Positions 34,214 to 43,886 of a DNA stretch of 64,000 nt are shown piece after piece. The number at the start of each line of letters is the position of its first letter. The first letter of the stretch is position 1. Under the pieces are notes generated by a model. The model saw only the letters and a program-made list of their open reading frames with translations, was not told the DNA's origin and ran no database searches. The stretch spans positions 8,295 through 72,294 of the forward strand of contig JBFLWQ010000005.1 of the NCBI GenBank assembly GCA_040757775.1, given 5' to 3'. The DNA comes from Thermodesulfobacteriota bacterium (GTDB lineage: Bacteria > Desulfobacterota > UBA8473). The position numbers and the translations under genes were made by a program.

Positions 34214-35464
34214 ATGAACAATCAGACAAGAAGGGTTTGCAAAATCGGCTGTTATCTTTTTATCCCTCTTATCTTAATACTTTTGATAATATTTTATCCT
34301 GTTAATATAATAGCTCAGGAAGAAAAGGCTCAAGAAGGTGCTCGGGAGGGACTGCGGTTGGGACCTTTAAAGCTTAAACCTGCCCTGAGTGTCAAAAAAG
34401 AACATACCGACAATTTCTTTCAGGAAGACTCCGATGAAAAAGATGATTATATCACCACTGTGACCCCGGGATTAATGCTCCAGCTGCCTATGGGGAAACA
34501 CCTCTTTCAAGTTGACTACCATGCGGATATTATTTATCTTTCTGAATACGATAACTATGATACCAATGAGCATTTTGCCGATACTATGCTGGATCTGAAC
34601 TTTCCGGGCGGATTATCTGTAAAATTTGCAAATAACTATTCTTCTACATCCAATCCCCCTACCTCCGATGGCGATAGAAGAAAAAAGTATTATCAAAATG
34701 ACTCTTCTGCTGAGGTATCCTATAAATCTGCTGATCGTTATAAGATTGATGTAAAATACGGGCATACAGTAAAGCGTATGGAGGACGAAGCGGATGAGAC
34801 TGATACCTTCGATGAAGATAAAGCGGATATAACCTTTTCCTATCGAATCCTCCCTAAGACATCAATCTTACTGGAATATGGCTTTTCTCACGTGGACAAC
34901 GAAGACAAGGGTGGAACTTCTACCGATAACAACAATCAGAAGGTCTGGCTGGGTGTTTCATGGGATCCTACTGCCAAGCTTAATGGAACGATAAAGGGTG
35001 GATACACAACTAAGGACTATGAAGAGGCTGCATTTGAGAACAGGTATGATTATGGTATGTTAATTGACCTGTCTTTCAATAAATCTGAGTATACCTCTAT
35101 AAAGTTAGCAGGCTTCCGCCGTATTGTTGAGACTGCAGTTACTCTTGCACAATCAGATTATGGCCCCGAATATGTCTCTACCGGAGGCTCTCTATCTTTC
35201 AACCATAAGTTCACCAGAAAGATAGGGACAGTCATTAATGTGTCTTATACTTATGATGACTACCTGGAGGAAGGCACTTTAGGAACCCCTGAGGGTAAAA
35301 AGAGAAAGGACGAACTCTTTAGCAGTGGGATAGCCCTGAATTTTAAGATTCAAAAATGGTTAGGTTTTGACCTGGAATACAAGTATAACAAAAAAGACTC
35401 GAATTTTGATACAAATGACTACAAAGAAAATAAGGCTATGGCAAAAATATCTATAGTCTTTTGA
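34214..35464 (+). CDS. outer-membrane beta-barrel protein (EPS-locus associated)
   Basis: 416 aa, signal/TM N-terminus, alternating beta-strand-like pattern rich in Y/D/N/G/T, and a C-terminal OMP signature ...AMAKISIVF ending in Phe. Confidence 0.6.
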   Translation: MNNQTRRVCKIGCYLFIPLILILLIIFYPVNIIAQEEKAQEGAREGLRLGPLKLKPALSVKKEHTDNFFQEDSDEKDDYITTVTPGLMLQLPMGKHLFQVDYHADIIYLSEYDNYDTNEHFADTMLDLNFPGGLSVKFANNYSSTSNPPTSDGDRRKKYYQNDSSAEVSYKSADRYKIDVKYGHTVKRMEDEADETDTFDEDKADITFSYRILPKTSILLEYGFSHVDNEDKGGTSTDNNNQKVWLGVSWDPTAKLNGTIKGGYTTKDYEEAAFENRYDYGMLIDLSFNKSEYTSIKLAGFRRIVETAVTLAQSDYGPEYVSTGGSLSFNHKFTRKIGTVINVSYTYDDYLEEGTLGTPEGKKRKDELFSSGIALNFKIQKWLGFDLEYKYNKKDSNFDTNDYKENKAMAKISIVF

Positions 35465-35476
35465 CATTAAAATATG

Positions 35477-35562
35477 GATCATCTCCAAAAAAGTTGGTGA
35501 AATCATGAGGATTCAAGGGTTCGAGGGGAATCCGAGAATCTTTTCCACCAACTAAATGGGAG
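35477..35562 (+). repeat. structured intergenic repeat element, copy 1
   Basis: The 42-nt block GATCATCTCCAAAAAAGTTGGTGAAATCATGAGGATTCAAGG (35477-35518) is identical to 38236-38277. It contains nested stems AGTTGGTG (35492-99) / CACCAACT (35546-53) and GGATTC (35509-14) / GAATCC (35528-33). Confidence 0.85.
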
Positions 35563-35756
35563 GAGAACCAAAAATATAAAGTCAGTTTAAACTGGCATGA
35601 ATTAGAGAAGGAATAGAAGGGTCAAAAATAGCAATATTAGTTGTTAAAAAGAGTGTATCTTAAGGGGCGGAAGCTTATCCAAAATAAATGATTACCTTGT
35701 TCGGCAGGGAAACTTATGAAATATAACATGGGACATAAAGGAACCTAAGAAACCCA

Positions 35757-36776
35757 ATGAACTCAGAGAATCCAAAAAGTCTGGCAGGAAAGACCTTCCG
35801 TCATTTATTTTTCCTCTTCTGTTTTCTGTTTTCCATCTTTACAATCACATCCTGTGTAAGTTATCCTGATATCCCTGAAGTAAACAGAATGAAGGAAGTC
35901 GAGGAAGCCAAGCCCTCAAAAGGCAAGGAGGAGGAATCCATAGCTAAAGTGTTTGAGAAAAAAGTCAAGATTATAGCCTCCTCCTTTAAATCTCATGAAC
36001 CCAAAGACTACAGGATTGGTCCTGAGGATGTTCTTCAAGTGCAGGTTTGGGATCATGATGACTTAACGAGGACAGTAAAGGTGTCGAGGGAAGGCGAGTT
36101 TTCCTATCCCCTGATTGGCAGGGTTCATGCAGATGGGGTAACTGTTTCCGAATTGGAGAAGGACATCCGGACCAAGCTTTCGGGAAGATTCATCATTAAT
36201 CCGCAGGTTACTATTTCAGTCAATAGCTACGAAAGTAAACGGATATATATCCTCGGAGAGGTAGGGGGGCCCCAGAGTAAGGGACAGGGTCCAGGGGTCT
36301 ATCCCCTGACCGGTGAGACTACGCTTGTTGAGATTCTTTCTAAGGCAGGCGGTCCTACCCAGGATGCCGGTGACGATGTAATTGTAGTAAGACCTAGAAA
36401 CGTAGGAAGTAAAGGGAGCCCGATTCCTCTGGAGAAGGCAGGGGAGGGCGAGGTAATTACACTGAACCTGAGGAAGCTTCTTGAGGGAGATGAAAGGCAA
36501 AATATTCTTCTTAAGCATGGCGATACTATCTATCTTTCTAAGGCCGAATATTTCTTTGTAGTTGGCGAGGTAAAAAGAGAAGGCAGATACAAGTTGGAAA
36601 AGGGGACCACTGTGCTTAAGGGAATCACCACAGCCGGAGGGTTTACCGACAAAGCGGCGAAGGGTAAGGTAATGGTGCTGCGGGAAGGGGACGGCAAGAA
36701 GATAAAGATTCCGGTGAAAATGACTGACCTTATAACAGCCCAGGATGTTATTATGGTCCCAGAGAGTTTCTTTTAG
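35757..36776 (+). CDS. polysaccharide export protein (Wza/EpsE-like outer-membrane lipoprotein)
   Basis: 339 aa, lipobox FTITSC. Poly_export-type segment YRIGPEDVLQVQVWDHDDLTR...VSREGEFSYPLIGRVHADGVTVSELE, followed by SLBB-like repeats. Confidence 0.85.
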   Translation: MNSENPKSLAGKTFRHLFFLFCFLFSIFTITSCVSYPDIPEVNRMKEVEEAKPSKGKEEESIAKVFEKKVKIIASSFKSHEPKDYRIGPEDVLQVQVWDHDDLTRTVKVSREGEFSYPLIGRVHADGVTVSELEKDIRTKLSGRFIINPQVTISVNSYESKRIYILGEVGGPQSKGQGPGVYPLTGETTLVEILSKAGGPTQDAGDDVIVVRPRNVGSKGSPIPLEKAGEGEVITLNLRKLLEGDERQNILLKHGDTIYLSKAEYFFVVGEVKREGRYKLEKGTTVLKGITTAGGFTDKAAKGKVMVLREGDGKKIKIPVKMTDLITAQDVIMVPESFF

Positions 36777-36792
36777 AGAGGTTTGTTAATCA

Positions 36793-38226
36793 ATGAAACC
36801 AAAAGAAGATATTCATCTTCGAGACTACATAAGGGTTATCCTTAAGCGAAAGGCGACTGTACTTACTGTTTTTGTTGTTCTGATTGGTACTGTTACTATT
36901 GGCTCTTTCAAGATGAAACCGGTTTTTAGGGCCACCGCTCAGATACTGATAGAGACAGAGACTCCTAATATAGTGAATATTAAAGAGGTTCTGGCGGTTA
37001 ATACCTCTAATACCGATTATTACCAAACCCAGTATGAGATTTTAAAGAGCAAGTCATTGGCATTGCGGGTAATAGAGACCCTGAATCTCAAGGATTCTAT
37101 AGAATTCAACCCTGAAAAGAAAAAGTCTCTGTCTGCCTCTTCTCAAAAGCCTTCTGAAAACAGTATGCCCACAAACAAGGAAGTGAATGATTTGATAAAT
37201 AGCTATTTGGGAAAACTAGAGATAGCGCCTATAAGAAACAGCCGTCTGGTAAATATAAGTTTCGAGGGACATGACCCTGAGCTTATCACCAGAATCGTCA
37301 ATACCCATAGCAAACTCTATATCGAGGAGAATCTGGAGAGAAAGCTCAATGCCTCCAGAGAGGCTTTGGGCTGGATTAATAACCGTATAAAAGAGACGAA
37401 GACCAATCTGGAAGGATCCGAAGGGGCTCTCCAAAGGTACAGGGAGGGGAACAACCTTGTGTCCATAAACTTTGAGGAGAGAAATAACATTATTATCCAG
37501 AAACTCAATGATCTCAACAGCGCTCTCACTGCGGCTAAAACCAAGAGGATAGAGATAGAAAACCTGTATAATGAGCTAAGGAGATTGTCCGGAGATTCCC
37601 GAAAGATTGAATCCCTCCCTGCTGTAGTTAACAATAATCTCATCCAACAGTTGAAGACACGATACGTACAATTAACGGGAGAGTACTCTGATCTCTCTCA
37701 AAAATTTGGTTCTGAGCATCCCAGGATAGTCAGATTGAAATCTGAGATATCTGAGGTGAAGGACAAGATCGCTCAGGAGATAAAAAATATTGCCGGAAGT
37801 ATCGAGGTAGAATATAAGGTGTCAAAGGCAAAGGAAGAATCTATTGCAAGAGCGCTTGAGGATCAAAAACAGACAGCATTAAGGCTTAATCAAAAAGAGA
37901 TACAATACAATGTATTGAACAGGGATGTAGAGACCAACCGTACCCTGTATCAGAGTCTGCTTACAAGGGCTAAAGAGACGAGTGTAACCGAAGAATTGAA
38001 GGTCTCTAATATTATGATTGTGGATCAAGCCAGAGTCCCGGATAGACCTGTTAAACCCAGAAAGACTTTAAACATTTTACTTGCAGTCATTACCGGGCTT
38101 ACATTGGGAATAGGGTTAGCGTTCTTTTTCGAATATCTGGATAATACTATTAAAACCCCGGAGGAGGTAGAGAAGTATCTTAACCTTCCAACATTGGGCG
38201 TTATCCCTCATTATAAGAAAAAGTAA
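36793..38226 (+). CDS. polysaccharide chain-length determinant (Wzz/GumC family, no kinase domain)
   Basis: 477 aa. Wzz N-terminal TM (DYIRVILKRKATVLTVFVVLIG), a long coiled-coil periplasmic region, and a C-terminal GNVR-like P.RPVKPRK + TM (LNILLAVITGLTLGIGLAFFFEYLD). Confidence 0.85.
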   Translation: MKPKEDIHLRDYIRVILKRKATVLTVFVVLIGTVTIGSFKMKPVFRATAQILIETETPNIVNIKEVLAVNTSNTDYYQTQYEILKSKSLALRVIETLNLKDSIEFNPEKKKSLSASSQKPSENSMPTNKEVNDLINSYLGKLEIAPIRNSRLVNISFEGHDPELITRIVNTHSKLYIEENLERKLNASREALGWINNRIKETKTNLEGSEGALQRYREGNNLVSINFEERNNIIIQKLNDLNSALTAAKTKRIEIENLYNELRRLSGDSRKIESLPAVVNNNLIQQLKTRYVQLTGEYSDLSQKFGSEHPRIVRLKSEISEVKDKIAQEIKNIAGSIEVEYKVSKAKEESIARALEDQKQTALRLNQKEIQYNVLNRDVETNRTLYQSLLTRAKETSVTEELKVSNIMIVDQARVPDRPVKPRKTLNILLAVITGLTLGIGLAFFFEYLDNTIKTPEEVEKYLNLPTLGVIPHYKKK

Positions 38227-38235
38227 AAAAAGTAT

Positions 38236-38300
38236 GATCATCTCCAAAAAAGTTGGTGAAATCATGAGGATTCAAGGAGTCAAGGATTCGAGGGGAATAA
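38236..38300 (+). repeat. structured intergenic repeat element, copy 2 (truncated)
   Basis: The same 42-nt block as 35477-35518 sits at 38236-38277, followed by AGTCAAGGATTCGAGGGGAAT. It lacks the distal CACCAACT arm present in copy 1. Confidence 0.85.
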
Positions 38301-38429
38301 GTAAAACTACAGGTAATCATGTTCAGTATGTTTTTGTCAGATGATTTATTCTGGGAAGCGGAAAAGGAAATTTTTCAGGACGGACTGATTTAACAGTATC
38401 AAGGTAGAAACCAAGGGAGAAACAACGTA

Positions 38430-39647
38430 ATGGCTAACCCAACATCCCTGATAACCCGGGAAGATACTAGCTCCCCGGTCACAGAGGCATATCGCACTCT
38501 TAATACAAATATAAAGTTTTCAAATATAGAGAGACCTGTAAAGACAGTCCTGGTTACCAGCAGTGTTACTGGAGAAGGTAAATCGACGACTGTAGCCAAT
38601 CTTGGAATAGTAATGGCACAGGCAGGGAACAAGGTGCTTTTAGTGGACACCGATCTCAGAAAGCCGGTTTTGCACAAATTGTTTAATTTGAATAACTCTA
38701 CAGGGCTGACCAGATGTTTGGTAGATACTTATGATGTTGAGTTGGGAGAAGGGAAATTAGAAGAATATGGCTTAAAGGATCTCTTTAAGCTTATAGAGGT
38801 TCAGGGTAAAACAGGTGTATTAACGGTAAATGCAGATGACGATACCATCAGTGTATCTTTTGATTCCGGCAGGATAGTCAATGCTGATTGGGGAACCAGA
38901 CCCGAGGATAAAAAGCTTGGGATTCTATTGATTAAGAGTGGAAAAGTTACCGAGGGACAGCTCAAAGAAGGTCTGCTCAGACAGAAACAGGCATCCCAAC
39001 CACTGGGATATATCCTGCTTAATATGGGTTTTATTAATATTGAAGACCTGAAAGGCCTATTGAAGCTTCAGATTGACGAGACTTTAAGACATCTGCTGAA
39101 CTGGAAAAAGGGACAATTTAACTTTCAGAATCGAGAATCTATAGAATTCTCCAATGAATTCAGGGATTTGTCTCTTTCTGATCAGCATCTCATTCAGGAA
39201 GTTGATGAAACAACCAGAAATACATTTATATATAAACAGATTTCCTCGTTTATCCAAGAGACGGAAGTAGAAAATTTAAAGGTTATCACAAGCGGTTCCT
39301 TACCTCCAAACCCTTCGGGGTTACTGGGTTCTGAAACGATGCAGCAGTTTTTAAAACACCTTGCCCTAAGATTTGATACAATTATTTTAGATTCTCCTCC
39401 AGTATTAGTGGTATCCGATGCCTCTGTATTGGCATCCATGGTTGACGGGGTGATTCTGATTTTGCAATCAGGACGACTTACAAGAGAATTGGGCAAGCGA
39501 TGTAAAGAGCAACTGGAAGGGGTCAAAGCAAGAATTCTGGGTGTGACCATAAACGATGTGAATATCAAAAAAGACACTTACTATAACTACAACTATTACA
39601 GCTACTATTACCAAAAGGAAAAGGGAGAAAAAAGCGGAGGCAATTAG
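38430..39647 (+). CDS. bacterial tyrosine (BY) kinase, CpsD/CapB/EpsG type, with a large internal DUF4388/PATAN-like insertion
   Basis: Walker A SSVTGEGKST, Walker A' VLLVDTDLRKP, Walker B DTIILDSPP, and a C-terminal Tyr cluster TYYNYNYYSYYYQ. About 180 aa (residues 101-280) are inserted between A' and the SGSLPPNP segment. Confidence 0.85.
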   Translation: MANPTSLITREDTSSPVTEAYRTLNTNIKFSNIERPVKTVLVTSSVTGEGKSTTVANLGIVMAQAGNKVLLVDTDLRKPVLHKLFNLNNSTGLTRCLVDTYDVELGEGKLEEYGLKDLFKLIEVQGKTGVLTVNADDDTISVSFDSGRIVNADWGTRPEDKKLGILLIKSGKVTEGQLKEGLLRQKQASQPLGYILLNMGFINIEDLKGLLKLQIDETLRHLLNWKKGQFNFQNRESIEFSNEFRDLSLSDQHLIQEVDETTRNTFIYKQISSFIQETEVENLKVITSGSLPPNPSGLLGSETMQQFLKHLALRFDTIILDSPPVLVVSDASVLASMVDGVILILQSGRLTRELGKRCKEQLEGVKARILGVTINDVNIKKDTYYNYNYYSYYYQKEKGEKSGGN

Positions 39648-39926
39648 ATGGACGGTGGGCAACTGGATGAAATTAAAAGGTATTTTGATATAGTAGCAGA
39701 AAACCTGAGAGATGAAATAAAAGTTATAGCCGAAGGAGTCATTAATCTTGATGGAAAATTTGAAAGAGAAATAGCTGAGTTTAGAAAAGAAAATAAGGAG
39801 GCACATAGTGATATAATGGCAGCTATAAAATTTTCCTATACAGACCTTGACCGCCGAATAGCTTTTTTAGAAAACAGATATGAAAGCGTTGAAAAACGAT
39901 TAAAACGATTAGAGGATTCTTGTTAA
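39648..39926 (+). CDS. small coiled-coil hypothetical protein (paralogue of the next gene)
   Basis: 92 aa, starts 1 nt after the kinase stop. YFDIVAENLRDEIKVIAEGV resembles [19 protein letters not shown] in the next ORF. No TM and no catalytic motif. Confidence 0.55.
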   Translation: MDGGQLDEIKRYFDIVAENLRDEIKVIAEGVINLDGKFEREIAEFRKENKEAHSDIMAAIKFSYTDLDRRIAFLENRYESVEKRLKRLEDSC

Positions 39927-39959
39927 CTTATTCTTTTTTTAAATGTTTGAAGGTAAAAC

Positions 39960-40310
39960 ATGGATAAGGACCATATGGAAGTACTGCTGGAAGACATTCG
40001 GGGGAAATTTGATCTGGTTCTGGAGGGCCACGATGCCCTTCGTAAAGAAATACGCGATACCCGTGAGGAATTATGCGAGAAAATCAATTTAGTAGATTTC
40101 AAGGTAGAAACCCTGAATCAGAAGATCGATCACGTACATAATAAGCTGGACAAAAAGATTGATAGTGTTCGTGATGAACTAAACCAGAAGATTGATGGCG
40201 TTAGTGACACACTTGGCAAGAAAATCGACGCCGTTGCCTCCGACCTTGCTGCCCACCGCCAGGATACAGAAGCGCATCCCTCCGTTTATAAAGTGAAAGA
40301 AGGAAAATAA
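39960..40310 (+). CDS. small coiled-coil hypothetical protein with 4 tandem 11-residue KIDxVxxxLxx repeats
   Basis: 116 aa. The four repeats [33 protein letters not shown] and [11 protein letters not shown] span residues 55-98 (nt 40122-40253). The tail is [17 protein letters not shown]. Confidence 0.55.
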   Translation: MDKDHMEVLLEDIRGKFDLVLEGHDALRKEIRDTREELCEKINLVDFKVETLNQKIDHVHNKLDKKIDSVRDELNQKIDGVSDTLGKKIDAVASDLAAHRQDTEAHPSVYKVKEGK

Positions 40311-40396
40311 GAGCAGTTGTTCGTTACGGTGAATGCCAGCTACCCCTTTTTCTATTTTCTTATCAGCTTGGTTTTAATTTAAAAGGAGCGAAGAAT

Positions 40397-41449
40397 ATGA
40401 AACGTGCTCTTATTACAGGCATTACCGGTCAGGATGGTTCGTATCTGGCAGAGTTCCTGTTGTCAAAAGGCTATGAAGTCCATGGACTAATACGTCGTGC
40501 CAGCACTTTTAATACCGGCCGAATTGACCATCTCTATGTGGACCCTCATACCCCACGCTCTCGATTCTTTCTCTATTATGGAGATCTTTCTGATTCCGGA
40601 CAGCTAACCAACTTAATCTACAATATTCAGCCAGAGGAGATATATCACCTTGGCGCGCAAAGTCATGTCCGGGTTAGTTTCGATATGCCCGAATACACTG
40701 GAGATGTGACTGGCATGGGAACAACCAGGCTGCTTGAGGCGATAAGGAGAAGCGGCACCAAAGCCAAATTTTATCAGGCAAGCAGCAGTGAGATGTTTGG
40801 GGATGCCCCTGCCCCACAAAATGAGGAGACACCTTTCAGACCGAAAAGCCCTTATGCAGCGGCTAAAGTCTACGCCTACTGGATGGTAGTAAATTACCGG
40901 GAGGGCTACAGTATGCCCGCCTGCAATGGGATTCTTTTTAACCATGAATCCCCAAGACGAGGAGAGACATTTGTTACCAGAAAAATCACCAGAGGTCTTG
41001 CCCATATTCTGGCAGGTAAGGAAAAGAAGATATATCTTGGCAACTTGGAGGCTAAGAGGGACTGGGGATTTGCCCCTGAGTATATAGAGACCATGTGGAC
41101 TATCCTTCAGCAGGAAGAGCCGGATGATTACGTCATCGGCACAGGAGAAGCTCATTCTATTAAGGAGTTTTTAGAAGAGGCATTTGGCTATGTAAACTTA
41201 GATTGGCACGAGTTTGTGGAGATAGATCCAAGATACCTTAGACCAACAGAGGTTGAATTCTTGCTTGCAGACCCGTCAAAAGCAAGAAAAAAGCTTTGCT
41301 GGAATCCAAAAATAAATTTCAAAGACCTTGTTAAAATAATGGTAGATTATGATATGGAATTTGCAGGATTAAGCCCTAGAGGAGAAGGGATTAAAATCTT
41401 AAATAATAAAAACATCCACTGGACAGATAATAAGCTGACGGAAAGATAA
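40397..41449 (+). CDS. gmd: GDP-mannose 4,6-dehydratase
   Basis: 350 aa, [41 protein letters not shown], and the YAAAK catalytic motif ([12 protein letters not shown]). Confidence 0.93.
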   Translation: MKRALITGITGQDGSYLAEFLLSKGYEVHGLIRRASTFNTGRIDHLYVDPHTPRSRFFLYYGDLSDSGQLTNLIYNIQPEEIYHLGAQSHVRVSFDMPEYTGDVTGMGTTRLLEAIRRSGTKAKFYQASSSEMFGDAPAPQNEETPFRPKSPYAAAKVYAYWMVVNYREGYSMPACNGILFNHESPRRGETFVTRKITRGLAHILAGKEKKIYLGNLEAKRDWGFAPEYIETMWTILQQEEPDDYVIGTGEAHSIKEFLEEAFGYVNLDWHEFVEIDPRYLRPTEVEFLLADPSKARKKLCWNPKINFKDLVKIMVDYDMEFAGLSPRGEGIKILNNKNIHWTDNKLTER

Positions 41450-41534
41450 TTGGATAGGGTAGTGTGCAACGGTAAGGAAGCCCGTATCGGTTACGTAAGA
41501 CGGTAACGGAAGGAGATAAATACGAACGACGTAA

Positions 41535-42554
<1,020 letters not shown>

Positions 42555-42564
42555 ATAGGTCAAA

Positions 42565-43398
42565 ATGAACGCTAAGGACATACCAGTAATTCGAATCGCA
42601 CCATCAAAAGGCTGGGTTTCTCTCAAGTTACTTGATTTGTGGGAATACCGCGAATTGCTCTATTTTCTCACCTGGCGGGATATAAAGGTACGCTACAAAC
42701 AGACTGTACTTGGCGCAGCATGGGCAATCATACAACCTTTCTTTACAATGATTGTTTTCAGCCTTTTCTTTGGCAAGCTTGCGAGAATTCCTTCTGATGG
42801 GGTCCCTTATCCGATTTTCAGCTTTTCGGCATTAGTTCCATGGACTTTCTTTGCCTACGGATTGAGCCAATCCTCAAACAGCCTTGTAGATAGTGCAAAC
42901 CTTATCACCAAAGTATATTTCCCTCGCCTTATTGTGCCGTTATCAAGCGTTATTTCGGGTGTTATAGATTTTTTAATCGCCTTTGGTGTGCTCATTATAA
43001 TGATGCTATTTTATAACATACTTCCCACAATAAATATGTTATGGTTACCAGCTCTGCTCCTGCTTGCCCTTGTCACAGCGCTGGGGGTAGGCATGTGGCT
43101 TTCTGCATTGAATGTCAAATATCGTGACGTCCGATATGTAATTCCGTTCATAACGCAGTTCTGGATGTTTGCAACGCCGATTGCCTATCCAAGCAGCCTT
43201 CTCTCCGAGCCATGGCGCACAATTTACGGGATCAACCCTATGGCTGGTGTAGTGGAAGGTTTCAGATGGGCATTACTTGGAACGCAAACAGCCCCTGGCC
43301 CTATTATTGTGGTATCTTCATTTGCAGCTCTTGTTATACTTATCAGCGGGGTATATTACTTCAAAAGAATGGAAAAAACGTTTGCGGATGTTGTTTAG
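42565..43398 (+). CDS. wzm: ABC-2 type polysaccharide/O-antigen export permease
   Basis: 277 aa, 6 TM, N-terminal LWEYRELLYFLTWRDIKVRYKQTVLGAAWAIIQP, typical of Wzm/TagG/KpsM permeases. Confidence 0.88.
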   Translation: MNAKDIPVIRIAPSKGWVSLKLLDLWEYRELLYFLTWRDIKVRYKQTVLGAAWAIIQPFFTMIVFSLFFGKLARIPSDGVPYPIFSFSALVPWTFFAYGLSQSSNSLVDSANLITKVYFPRLIVPLSSVISGVIDFLIAFGVLIIMMLFYNILPTINMLWLPALLLLALVTALGVGMWLSALNVKYRDVRYVIPFITQFWMFATPIAYPSSLLSEPWRTIYGINPMAGVVEGFRWALLGTQTAPGPIIVVSSFAALVILISGVYYFKRMEKTFADVV

Positions 43399-43469
43399 CA
43401 TCTTGTTGCCGGTAACTTGCAGCTGGTTTTACTTGTAAAAATAATAAAAACTACCGAATGGAAAATTGA

Positions 43470-43886
43470 ATGGATAAGACAATAATTGGGGAAAACAGAG
43501 GATATAGAAATTTAGAAATTTACAGGTTGGCTCATGAATTGGGAATACATATACATGATTTTTCTCTTAAACTGCCGCAGTATGAACTTTATGAAACTGG
43601 CAGCCAACTCAGGCGGGCTTCTAAGTCTGTTTCTGCCAATATAGTCGAAGGATATGGAAGGCGCAAATATAAGGCAGAATTCATCAGATTTATAGTTTAT
43701 TCAATTGCATCATGCGATGAGGCAACCGAATGGCTAACCTATGTAAAAGATTGTCATCCAAACCTTACAAACGATGCTGTTAAATTGCTTGATAACATTG
43801 ATAAATTAGGTAAGAAAATCAACAAATTCCTCCAATCTCTAACAAGCAACCAGCAACCAGTAACCAGTAGCGATCAACATGACTGA
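43470..43886 (+). CDS. four-helix-bundle protein (23S rRNA intervening-sequence protein / Avd-like family)
   Basis: 138 aa. YRNLEIYRLAHEL...QLRRASKSVSANIVEGYGRRKYKAEFIRFIVYSIASCDEATEWL matches the family pattern as I recall it. The stop overlaps the wzt start by 8 nt. Confidence 0.75.
   Translation: MDKTIIGENRGYRNLEIYRLAHELGIHIHDFSLKLPQYELYETGSQLRRASKSVSANIVEGYGRRKYKAEFIRFIVYSIASCDEATEWLTYVKDCHPNLTNDAVKLLDNIDKLGKKINKFLQSLTSNQQPVTSSDQHD

Noticed and set aside
38234-38347. A 37-codon ORF (MIISKKVGEIMRIQGVKDSRG...) starting inside repeat copy 2.
   Set aside because: The other copy of the 42-nt block has a 1-nt difference immediately upstream (ATGGATC against ATGATC). This shifts the frame and gives a stop after 8 codons. 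The conservation is therefore at the nucleotide or RNA level, not the protein level.
39648-40310. Toxin-antitoxin or defence-system reading of the two small adjacent ORFs.
   Set aside because: Neither has nuclease, NTase, PIN, HEPN, ATPase or DNA-binding motifs. Both are predicted all-helical coiled coils and are paralogous to each other, which does not fit a toxin/antitoxin pair.
43470-43886. Diversity-generating retroelement centred on the Avd-like four-helix-bundle gene.
   Set aside because: The 64 kb contain no reverse transcriptase ORF and no template/variable repeat pair with adenine-specific differences. Only the accessory-like gene is present.
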